This document shows positions 46,333-53,610 of a DNA stretch of 53,610 nt, in pieces (position 1 is the stretch's first letter; every line of letters starts with the position of its first letter). The position numbers were made by a program, and so were the translations under genes. The stretch spans positions 1 to 53,610 of the forward strand of contig CAZLHX010000003.1 of NCBI GenBank assembly GCA_964559475.1. The letters run 5' to 3'. The DNA is from an uncultured Candidatus Bathyarchaeia archaeon (GTDB lineage: Archaea; Thermoproteota; Bathyarchaeia; TCS64). The notes below the pieces were generated by a model. The model was not told the origin of the DNA and did not search any database. It worked only from the letters and a program-made list of their open reading frames with translations.

Positions 46333-47202
46333 CTACATAAACATTGTTAGACATTCATGACAACGGTCGATAGATTTTGTTCCAAAAATTTTCTCACGAA
46401 TATTGGTATACTTTGAGTTTAACCAAGCCTTATCCAGAATAAATTTTAAGGATTTATCCTTCAAGTTTCCAAGAGCAGTTTCTTCCAATGAGCTCAGTGC
46501 TCCACAACAGGGTAAAACAGTCCCATCAGGTTTTATACCAATGTGTGTTAAGACTTCCCTGCATTGACTTTGTGTTTTTTCTATTTGGAGAGGTTTATCT
46601 CCAATAGTTTCTGCATTATTGATGGGTATAAAGGGAGATTCGAGGACCAAAGCATCAGGCTTCCCAATCTTAGGGGACCCAATTTTCTGTAATTTCATGT
46701 CGGAGAAATACTCTTTGAGGTACTCGGATGTGATTTTACTGTTCTTTTTTAAAGTGACTAGAAAAACTGTTTTCACACCAGTTCTTTTCGAGGATATAAA
46801 CGCGTTTCTAATATTCTCTATAGGAATAAATTCTTGATGAAAGTCATCTACACTTAAATTTAATACATCTAAACCTCTGGCTTTGAGAGACCTGAGGGTT
46901 GAGACTGCTTTTTTCATGTTACTAGCCCAGAACGCGTTGGTGACTACCTCTGTGTATAGATTTAAAGAGGTTGCATAAGCTATAGAGTTCTCTAGTAGAT
47001 CTGGAACAAGAAAGGGTTCTCCCCCTGTGAAGCTGATCCACTTAGCCTTGTTGGCAGCTGCCTCGTTTAGGTAGTATTCCACTTCACTCTGGCTCATAGT
47101 TTCCTCTCTATTAGGACCGCATCTAAACCAGCAATGTTTACACTTAATATTGCATCTTAATGTCAGGATTAGTCCTACTCGGAAAAGAGGGGGGTTTGGC
47201 AC
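46333..47202 (-). CDS. Radical SAM enzyme with SPASM/twitch-like C-terminal Cys cluster
   Basis: CNIKCKHC (Cx3Cx2C) at residues 17-24, FTGGEPF, and C-terminal SQCREV, VLPCCGA and DRCHEC. The GTG start shares nt 47202 with the upstream stop codon. Confidence 0.8.
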   Translation of the reverse strand: MPNPPLFRVGLILTLRCNIKCKHCWFRCGPNREETMSQSEVEYYLNEAAANKAKWISFTGGEPFLVPDLLENSIAYATSLNLYTEVVTNAFWASNMKKAVSTLRSLKARGLDVLNLSVDDFHQEFIPIENIRNAFISSKRTGVKTVFLVTLKKNSKITSEYLKEYFSDMKLQKIGSPKIGKPDALVLESPFIPINNAETIGDKPLQIEKTQSQCREVLTHIGIKPDGTVLPCCGALSSLEETALGNLKDKSLKFILDKAWLNSKYTNIREKIFGTKSIDRCHECLTMFM

Positions 47203-48995
47203 TAGAGTTTCTCCAGTATTTCCTCTATTAAGTGGTTTGCCTGGTAGAAGCCTTCCTCTACTATGTTTCTCTGCCGCAGTAAATGGTTTTTTAGTAGTTT
47301 GAACTGGTGGCTCTGATGTAAAGTCATGTTGGAGAGTTCTATTATCGGGGCAATACGGGGAAAAGGCTGTGCTCCAAAAGTCTCCATACTCATCTGTTCA
47401 CTGGGTCCAGCATTACTGTGGGCAATGGGGTTAACGTGTCTCGATACCCACATTAAGGACTTGTTTATCTTCTTCACTTCTTCATCGTTTAATGAGTCTG
47501 CTCTCTCTTGGAGTCTATTCTCAAGTTTTTGTGCGAGTTCCTTGAAATCTTCGGCTCTATTCAATACCGGATCTAGGTTGAAATATCCTCTAATTTTCTT
47601 GGATTCTTCATTCATATCTAGGAGTATTCTGTAGAGTTCTTCAGCGTATTTGGTAAAGTCCATGGGTAGAACTTTAGAGTTTACCATTCGTATTATGAAG
47701 TTGAGTTCAGCGTTGATATCCATCTCGATAACATCGACGTTTCCATGCTCCATGGTTGCATAGGGTGTGTGCCACCACCAACCTCCACCGCTATAATTTA
47801 CGTGAGGGTCGTAGTCTTCTTCCGGTCTGCTTGTAGTTAAGCTGACGTGAGGTATTCCTGTTCCCCAGAAACTACCATCCCCGGCACGGGTAGCCCACCT
47901 GTATCTCTCGACACCTTGCCCAGTCACAGCTTTAACAGAGTCGAGGGCAGCATCCATTACCTCAGTGAACTGGATATCTCTAAATATTATGGCTCCCTCG
48001 GCTCCAGGGCTATCAATATTATAGCTGCAGAAACAATTATGGCGTAGATCATGCCACATCGCATCATTATACCATGTTGATCCCGCGTAACGACCCGTCT
48101 CGTGCCCAGTCCAGATTACTATCTTTATACTTCTCCTGAGCTTTTCCCTATGTTTTGAGAGGAGTCTTGCTATCTCTAGTATAGCCACGTTACCCGATAC
48201 GTTATCTACGACCCCTGGACTGAATGGCGGTGTATCAATGTGAGCGTTAACAATAATGAACTTATCCGGGTCTACTGTTCCCTTTATCTCCGTCTCTAAA
48301 AGGGGTAGAGTCTTCCACTCAGTCTCGACGAGGGAGATTATGTGTGCCCTTACTCCACCCTGTTGAACTAGCTTCCTTAATGCCTGTCCATCTTTGTTAC
48401 TTATGTGGATTATTGCAGGTATAGTCTGTATTTGGTCAATATTCTCAGGTGTCGGACTACCTGAGACGCTGAAATCTGCCCTCTGGTGAACTACGGTGGG
48501 CATATAATCATCCTGCTCTATCACAATGAGTCCTTTAAGGCCCATTTCCTGGAGCTTTAGCAGGAAGCCGTCCCTCAAACCCATCCAGTCCCCGCTGGTT
48601 TTCTGTTCACAGAGGACAATTTTGTCTCTACATTCAGCATAACCGAGCTCATCTGGAGGGATATAGATTACATCAGCTTCGAATCCTTCCGGGGTTGTGG
48701 TTCCTACCTGCCGATAAGGTGTTGTCTGAATCTCCATCTTTACTGGAGTCGTAATTTTCAGACTGCTTCTAACGGGAGTACTGATGTAAGCCTCAAATCT
48801 GTGTATCTTACATTCCAAACCCGATTCTTCTAGACTGGTTTTCATATACTGTATTGCTTGTTCTTCTTGTGGGCTCCCTGATGGGATAGGTGTATATTCC
48901 ATCAATTCTTTCCAGTTCTTCTTGATCCTGGATTTTTCGATGCCTTTCTCCAGGTTTTTTATTAATTCTTTTGTCTCATCAGCAAGTAATATCAT
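47202..48995 (-). CDS. M28 family metallopeptidase of the GCPII/transferrin-receptor (M28B) architecture, cytoplasmic
   Basis: M28 ligand blocks NAHIDTPP, VVDNVSGN, GHETG, NIDSPG and WWHTPY. PA-like insert and a C-terminal helical TfR-dimerisation-like domain. No signal peptide. ATG 48995 is preferred over TTG 49016. Confidence 0.75.
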   Translation of the reverse strand: MILLADETKELIKNLEKGIEKSRIKKNWKELMEYTPIPSGSPQEEQAIQYMKTSLEESGLECKIHRFEAYISTPVRSSLKITTPVKMEIQTTPYRQVGTTTPEGFEADVIYIPPDELGYAECRDKIVLCEQKTSGDWMGLRDGFLLKLQEMGLKGLIVIEQDDYMPTVVHQRADFSVSGSPTPENIDQIQTIPAIIHISNKDGQALRKLVQQGGVRAHIISLVETEWKTLPLLETEIKGTVDPDKFIIVNAHIDTPPFSPGVVDNVSGNVAILEIARLLSKHREKLRRSIKIVIWTGHETGRYAGSTWYNDAMWHDLRHNCFCSYNIDSPGAEGAIIFRDIQFTEVMDAALDSVKAVTGQGVERYRWATRAGDGSFWGTGIPHVSLTTSRPEEDYDPHVNYSGGGWWWHTPYATMEHGNVDVIEMDINAELNFIIRMVNSKVLPMDFTKYAEELYRILLDMNEESKKIRGYFNLDPVLNRAEDFKELAQKLENRLQERADSLNDEEVKKINKSLMWVSRHVNPIAHSNAGPSEQMSMETFGAQPFPRIAPIIELSNMTLHQSHQFKLLKNHLLRQRNIVEEGFYQANHLIEEILEKL

Positions 48996-49084
48996 AATTA
49001 TTCTTGCTATGTTCAAGTGTTTAATATTTTGCTAGTTAAGATTGTATAAAATATCTTATTGACTTTTCCAAGGGTACTTAATTT

Positions 49085-49321
49085 TTAATTATCTGTATTT
49101 GGATAGGTTGATACCGCTTCAACTGCTTCTATTCTGAGTGCTCTCGCAAAGAAGGTTTCGTATTCTTGACTTTGTTCTTGAATGTTGCCTTCTTCTAGGT
49201 TCATTGGGTTTATACCCATCTCAGCGTATTTTGTTGAAAAGTATTCATCGAGACCACTTTTAGCTAGTTTTGCGCTTAATAGGCGGTTTCTAATTATCTG
49301 TCTGTTAACTATTTGTATCAT
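49085..49321 (-). CDS. Hypothetical 78-aa protein
   Basis: Open frame only, on the same strand and immediately upstream of the peptidase/radical SAM pair. Helical, acidic and Cys-free. Confidence 0.35.
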   Translation of the reverse strand: MIQIVNRQIIRNRLLSAKLAKSGLDEYFSTKYAEMGINPMNLEEGNIQEQSQEYETFFARALRIEAVEAVSTYPNTDN

Positions 49322-49420
49322 TTGATGAAAATAAATGAGAAATTAAATATAGACTTATTCCCAATATTATATAGAGGCGATGTAGTTTTTATAGACTCTA
49401 TGTATAATGGAAGGGGGGGT

Positions 49421-49467
49421 TGATGATTGGAAATGAAAGGAAGTACTCGGTTCTCACCCAATCATCA
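49421..49467. other. Perfect 10-bp inverted repeat (TGATGATTGG / CCAATCATCA) with 27-nt loop
   Basis: Arms at 49421-49430 and 49458-49467, inside a 334-bp non-coding gap and preceded by a G7 run. Confidence 0.6.
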
Positions 49468-49655
49468 GTAAAAGAGACATAGAATTACATATTCTTAAAC
49501 AAACCTTACATAGTTTATTTATGACTATATATGTTAATTCTGTCAATCCTATAAAAAGTTCATCCGCCTCTAAAGAAGATTTAAAACAGAACAATATTAT
49601 TCTTGAAAGATGATTTTAATAATAAAAATCCAGATAGACAAAAAATATAATTTTT

Positions 49656-49732
49656 TTGGTGGGACCGCCCGGATTTGAACCGGGGATCACGCGGACCCGA
49701 ACCGCGTATCGTGCCAAGCTTGACCACGGTCC
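49656..49732 (-). tRNA. tRNA-Pro (anticodon CGG)
   Basis: 77 nt. Acceptor GGGACCG/CGGTCCC, anticodon stem CGCGG/CCGCG, loop UUCGGGU (CGG with G37), T arm CCCGG-UUCAAAU-CCGGG, discriminator A, CCA encoded. The D stem is weak (3 pairs including G-U). Confidence 0.9.
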
Positions 49733-49758
49733 CGAGTAATGTATCTGGGATGGTCTAA

Positions 49759-49768
49759 TGAATAAAAA
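49759..49768 (-). promoter_or_regulatory. TATA-like box upstream of tRNA-Pro
   Basis: The minus strand reads CTTTTTATTC, ending 27 nt upstream of the tRNA 5' end. This matches typical archaeal TATA spacing. Confidence 0.35.
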
Positions 49769-49788
49769 GAGTTTCTTGTAAAAATGGG

Positions 49789-50835
49789 TTAGGATTCGAT
49801 TACTGCGTCTTTTACGGTCATGTTTAGGACAGTTTCTGCTATGTCTGCACCGTATTCGGCAGTTCTCAATATACTCTCAACGATTAATCTAAGGGCGGGT
49901 ACTTCTTCAGGTGGGGCGTTTTTCACAATTTTTTGTATGGCTTCAGCTTCCAAGTTTCGTGTCTGTGTAGCTCTTTCCAAGACTACGTCTGCTTCTTTAT
50001 AGTCTTCATCGAATAGTGACTCCATTGCATCCTCGAATATTTTTAATGCAAATTCGCTTAATTTCTCCAGTTCCCCAAGGATTTCTCCGTTTGGTGTAGA
50101 GAGAGTTAGTTCAAGTCGGTTCTGTGCAATATTAACTGCGTGATCTGCCATTCTTTCAACGGACTTTGTTATTAAGCGGTATCCTAGGCATTCCTTTGGT
50201 GTCTTAAGTCCGCTTTCCTTTAGTATATGTCCGTCTGTTACGGCTACTTTTAGTAGTCTTATTATGTAGAGGTTGAATCTATCGACCTCGTCGTCCATGG
50301 CTACAATTTCTCTTGCGAGGGTGCTTTCCTCCATTCCTAGTGCGGTGATTGCGTCCCTGTGCATTGATGCCGCTATTACACCCATACGTCTAAGGGCATC
50401 TTTGACGGATAGTTCAGCGTAGCTCAATAATACTTGTAAGGTTAAATCCTGGGGAAGATCCGACAGTATCTCAGTACCTACCAGTTTCTTGCGAGTAAAG
50501 TCCTTGACTAAAAATCTTTGACTACTATCCAACCTTTTCTGGTTACTTTTTAATTGGATAATATTATATCCCATTAAATATGTGGATACGACTTTTCTAA
50601 CTATGCTTTCTGGATCATCATTTGGGTTCGGGGTTATCAGTACCTTTCTTGTACCATCAGTCGTATCGGCTCCCTGGGGTTGTATTTGAAGAGTAAGATC
50701 ATCTTTCTGGGTAATTTTTACTACGCTTCCTCTCTGGATACCCATTTGTTCAACCCAAGGCTTTGGTAAGGATATGATATATGTGGAACCCCCCGTTACC
50801 TGCACCTTTCTAAGTTCCTCTCCGGGGCTACTCAT
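49789..50835 (-). CDS. phoU: Phosphate uptake regulator, AbrB/SpoVT domain plus two PhoU repeats
   Basis: N-terminal swapped-hairpin motif RKVQVTGGSTYIISLPKPWV followed by two PhoU-like helical repeats. ATG 50835 is preferred over 50940, whose extension is AT-rich and hydrophobic. Confidence 0.8.
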   Translation of the reverse strand: MSSPGEELRKVQVTGGSTYIISLPKPWVEQMGIQRGSVVKITQKDDLTLQIQPQGADTTDGTRKVLITPNPNDDPESIVRKVVSTYLMGYNIIQLKSNQKRLDSSQRFLVKDFTRKKLVGTEILSDLPQDLTLQVLLSYAELSVKDALRRMGVIAASMHRDAITALGMEESTLAREIVAMDDEVDRFNLYIIRLLKVAVTDGHILKESGLKTPKECLGYRLITKSVERMADHAVNIAQNRLELTLSTPNGEILGELEKLSEFALKIFEDAMESLFDEDYKEADVVLERATQTRNLEAEAIQKIVKNAPPEEVPALRLIVESILRTAEYGADIAETVLNMTVKDAVIES

Positions 50836-51025
50836 AGACAATGTAGATTCACTAAACACAATATCCGCTACGGAGATAAATATATTTATCGAAAAAATAA
50901 ACTCTAAAACAACCAACAATATAAAATATATATGAATCATATATCTATATATAACTATATCGGATACTAATTATATATAAGAAATCTATTTATTACTCAG
51001 AGCTAAATAGAGAGCGGCTAAAAAA

Positions 51026-52048
51026 ATGAGCGACAATCAAACACAACTCATAACATATGCAGTAATTGCTTTAATTATTGGAGCCGCAGTAGGATATTTT
51101 GCTTCAAACTCAATGTCTAGCGGTAGAATCAACCAACTAGAAGCTAGAATTGCGGAGCTAGAAGACGCTCCTAGCGACCTATCACAGTGCCAACAGGAAC
51201 TACAATCAGCAGAAGATGAAATCGAAGACTTAAACAAGGAGATATCAGACCTTGAAGATACAATAGAAGAGATGCAAACGCCTGAAGAACTATCTGGTGA
51301 CTTGTTCGTCTCTGGTTCTTCAACAGTATTCCCGATCGCAGATCTTGCAGCTGAGGACTTTGAAAACATGCACCCTGGTGTAAATATTCAGGTTGAGGGC
51401 CCAGGTTCAGGAACTGGAGTAAGGAAAGCAAGTGATGGAACAGCAGATATTGGTATGGCATCAAGATTCGTAAAAGACAGCGAGCACTTGAATGCACCTA
51501 CCCTAATAACATATGGTGTTGCAAAAGACAGCGTCTCAGTAGTAATTAACCCAAGCAATTCATTGGCGGGAGATTTAGACTTAACAATTGAACAGGTAAA
51601 CCAAATATTCACTGGAGAGATTACTAACTGGAGTGAACTAGGCGGAGATAACTCAAAGATAAACGTATACACACGTGAAGAAGGCTCGGGAACAAGAGCC
51701 ACTTTCATGGACTTTACAGGAATAGACGAAGGCGAATTCGCAGATGACGCCTCTGTACAGCAAGGCAACTCAGCGATGAGGGCTGCTGTAGCGGGAGACC
51801 CTGACGGTATCGCCTATATATCACTGGGATATGTAGATGCCTCTGTATCACCAGCAAAAATTGGCGGATATGAAGGCACTGTAGAAAACGTATTAGCAGG
51901 CACATATCCATTCCAGAGGATCCTATGGATGTTCACACTTGGAAAACCATCAACTCTTGAACAAGCATACTTAGATTATATTATGAGTCCTGACGGCCAA
52001 GATATAGTTGAAGAAGAAGGGTTCATTGCCATCTATCCAACTAATTAA
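51026..52048 (+). CDS. pstS: Phosphate ABC transporter substrate-binding protein PstS with N-terminal TM anchor and acidic coiled-coil linker
   Basis: TM helix LITYAVIALIIGAAVGYF, an acidic heptad region, then PstS blocks SGSSTVFP, GPGSGTG and REEGSGTR. Confidence 0.85.
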   Translation: MSDNQTQLITYAVIALIIGAAVGYFASNSMSSGRINQLEARIAELEDAPSDLSQCQQELQSAEDEIEDLNKEISDLEDTIEEMQTPEELSGDLFVSGSSTVFPIADLAAEDFENMHPGVNIQVEGPGSGTGVRKASDGTADIGMASRFVKDSEHLNAPTLITYGVAKDSVSVVINPSNSLAGDLDLTIEQVNQIFTGEITNWSELGGDNSKINVYTREEGSGTRATFMDFTGIDEGEFADDASVQQGNSAMRAAVAGDPDGIAYISLGYVDASVSPAKIGGYEGTVENVLAGTYPFQRILWMFTLGKPSTLEQAYLDYIMSPDGQDIVEEEGFIAIYPTN

Positions 52049-52055
52049 ATCAACC

Positions 52056-52063
52056 TTTTTTTT
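52056..52063 (+). terminator. T8 tract downstream of pstS
   Basis: TTTTTTTT begins 8 nt after the pstS stop. Oligo-T tracts act as intrinsic archaeal terminators. The 150-bp AT-rich spacer before pstC also contains TATA-like ATATATAATATAT. Confidence 0.35.
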
Positions 52064-52197
52064 AATAGAAAAAAGCCCCACAGAGAACTATATAGATTTC
52101 CATATATAATATATGTTATATAGGAAAGGAATATATCATTTAGGTTATTTATAGACCAACGAAATAGAAGGGTATTTATTACGTTGAGGAAAATGAA

Positions 52198-53046
52198 ATG
52201 AAGCGAGAGGATATTATTGAGAAAGGTTTGTTCGTTACAGCTTCATTTTCGACGTTTGTTGTTTTCTTGATTATCTATTATCTGATGCGTAATGGCGTAC
52301 ACGTCCTTTCAGCAGACGTCATTTTTGGTACTGAGTGGGTGCCTGCAGACAATAAATTTGGTATATTTCCCATAATAATCAGCAACTTTCAAGTAGCAAT
52401 ATTGTCCCTGGTTATTGCAACCCTAATTGGTGTCCCGACTGCTATTTTCTTATCAGAGTATTCTCCTTTTTGGCTTAGAAATATTCTCAAACCTGTTATA
52501 GAAGTGATTGTGGGCATACCCTCCGTCGTTATTGGTTTCTGGGGACTCACCGTCTTAGTGCCAATAATCAGAAGGATATTCCCCTCAAGCCAAGGGCAAT
52601 CAATGCTAACAGGGGGAATAGTACTGGCTTTCATGATATTACCAACATTAATATCCTTAGCAGAGGACTCCATGCGGGCGGTCCCAAGATCATTCCGTGA
52701 GGCAAGTCTTGCATTGGGGGCTACACGCTGGCAGACCACGAGCCAGGTAATTGTTCCAACTGCATCATCGGGTATTAGAGCAGCTATGATACTTGCCATG
52801 GGAAGGGCTATGGGAGAAACCATGGCTGCTCTAATGGTTATTGGCAATCCTTACAGGCCACATGTTACTTTGAATCCCCTTGAAATAGTGAGAACTTTAC
52901 CAACAACCATTGCCCTTGAATATGGGTATGTTGAGATATTCTCAAAACATTATTATGCATTATTTGCCATGGGTGTTATTCTATTTTTCAGTGTGCTAGT
53001 ACTGAATCTTACTGCTACCTACCTTAGCCAGAGGGATAGAAGATGA
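52198..53046 (+). CDS. pstC: Phosphate ABC transporter permease PstC
   Basis: Six-TM permease with the EAA-type loop EDSMRAVPRSFREASLALGATRWQT. Confidence 0.9.
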   Translation: MKREDIIEKGLFVTASFSTFVVFLIIYYLMRNGVHVLSADVIFGTEWVPADNKFGIFPIIISNFQVAILSLVIATLIGVPTAIFLSEYSPFWLRNILKPVIEVIVGIPSVVIGFWGLTVLVPIIRRIFPSSQGQSMLTGGIVLAFMILPTLISLAEDSMRAVPRSFREASLALGATRWQTTSQVIVPTASSGIRAAMILAMGRAMGETMAALMVIGNPYRPHVTLNPLEIVRTLPTTIALEYGYVEIFSKHYYALFAMGVILFFSVLVLNLTATYLSQRDRR

Positions 53047-53610
53047 ACCCAGTTCAAAAAGAAAACATAATAAAATATTTACTATATACCTCAGTCATTC
53101 TTAGCATTATTTTACTTCCATTAATAATCATCTGGGTAACAACTAATGGGATAGGGGCTATATTAACACCTGAGGGGATAAACTGGAGCTTTTTCACTGG
53201 CACTCCATCATTCTCAACCTCAGAAGAAAGAATACGCATTCATGGGATTTATCCTCAAATAATAGGATCTTTTTATCTGGTGAGTTTGTGCACGTTGGTA
53301 GGTTCACCCATTGGCGTCCTTTCAGCAATTTATCTCTCAGAGTATGCACCGGAGAATCTCATAACAACAATTGTTAGATTTTTCACTGAGACCCTTGCCG
53401 GGATTCCCTCGATAGTAATTGGCCTTTTCGGGATGGAATTACTGGTGTACCAATTAGGATTCCAGACTTCGCTGATCTCTGGAGCCCTCTCCCTAAGCTT
53501 TATGACATTACCTTGGGTCATAAGGGCATCAGAGGAAGCGATCAAGGTTGTACCAATGGAATACAGAGAAGCCAGTCTAGCGATGGGAGCCACAAAATGG
53601 CAGACAATTC
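53043..53610 (+). CDS. pstA: Phosphate ABC transporter permease PstA (3' partial, runs off window)
   Basis: Absent from the track because it is open-ended. The ATG overlaps the pstC stop (ATGA). Translation MNPVQKENIIKYLLY...SEEAIKVVPMEYREASLAMGATKWQTI carries the permease EAA loop. Confidence 0.85.
   Translation, partial: MNPVQKENIIKYLLYTSVILSIILLPLIIIWVTTNGIGAILTPEGINWSFFTGTPSFSTSEERIRIHGIYPQIIGSFYLVSLCTLVGSPIGVLSAIYLSEYAPENLITTIVRFFTETLAGIPSIVIGLFGMELLVYQLGFQTSLISGALSLSFMTLPWVIRASEEAIKVVPMEYREASLAMGATKWQTI

Noticed and set aside
49420-49468. C/D box sRNA suggested by the UGAUGA sequence in the hairpin arm
   Set aside because: No CUGA D box lies at the expected distance on either strand. 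The two ends are fully Watson-Crick paired rather than forming a C/D kink-turn.
49656-49732. tRNA-Pro as an integration site for a mobile element
   Set aside because: No integrase, no viral or plasmid genes, and no second copy of the tRNA 3' segment that I could find by eye in the window.

Overview
Gene-dense archaeal chromosomal segment, roughly 40% GC by eye, with about 50 protein genes on both strands. The archaeal assignment rests on TFB, both DNA polymerase D subunits (DP1 and DP2, about 6 kb apart), a multi-OB RPA, Alba, Sec61-beta, GGGP synthase and a clear Elf1 homologue. Elf1 together with PolD points to a TACK/Asgard-type lineage rather than a classical euryarchaeon, but that placement is an inference. 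The rest is housekeeping and scavenging metabolism: CysRS, AlaX, NadE, aminotransferases, a methylmalonate-semialdehyde dehydrogenase, assorted hydrolases, a CoA-disulfide-reductase/rhodanese fusion, an orphan HypF, and a pstSCA locus with a divergent AbrB-PhoU regulator. There is one tRNA-Pro(CGG). I found no rRNA, CRISPR array, transposase or integrase. Second-look items, strongest first: (1) a cytoplasmic GCPII/transferrin-receptor-type M28 peptidase translationally coupled to a compact radical SAM/SPASM-like enzyme, with a 78-aa ORF upstream (46.3-49.3 kb). (2) A 123-bp divergent control region packed with a six-unit 8-bp GTAAACA tandem array and palindromes. It sits between a wHTH gene and an RHH-domain gene that overlaps (TTGA) a DUF99/UPF0215 gene in an antitoxin-toxin-like layout (27.6-29.4 kb). 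(3) Three decayed genes: an MFS permease with an in-frame TGA plus two compensating homopolymer frameshifts, an AbgB-like M20 gene with an in-frame TAG plus an internal deletion, and a 43-codon luciferase-like oxidoreductase stump. (4) Unusual genomic contexts for the replication genes. Two genes missing from the ORF track were recovered: Sec61-beta (58 aa) and a partial pstA at the right edge. All family calls come from motif recognition by eye, with no searches run. CDS coordinates include the stop codon.
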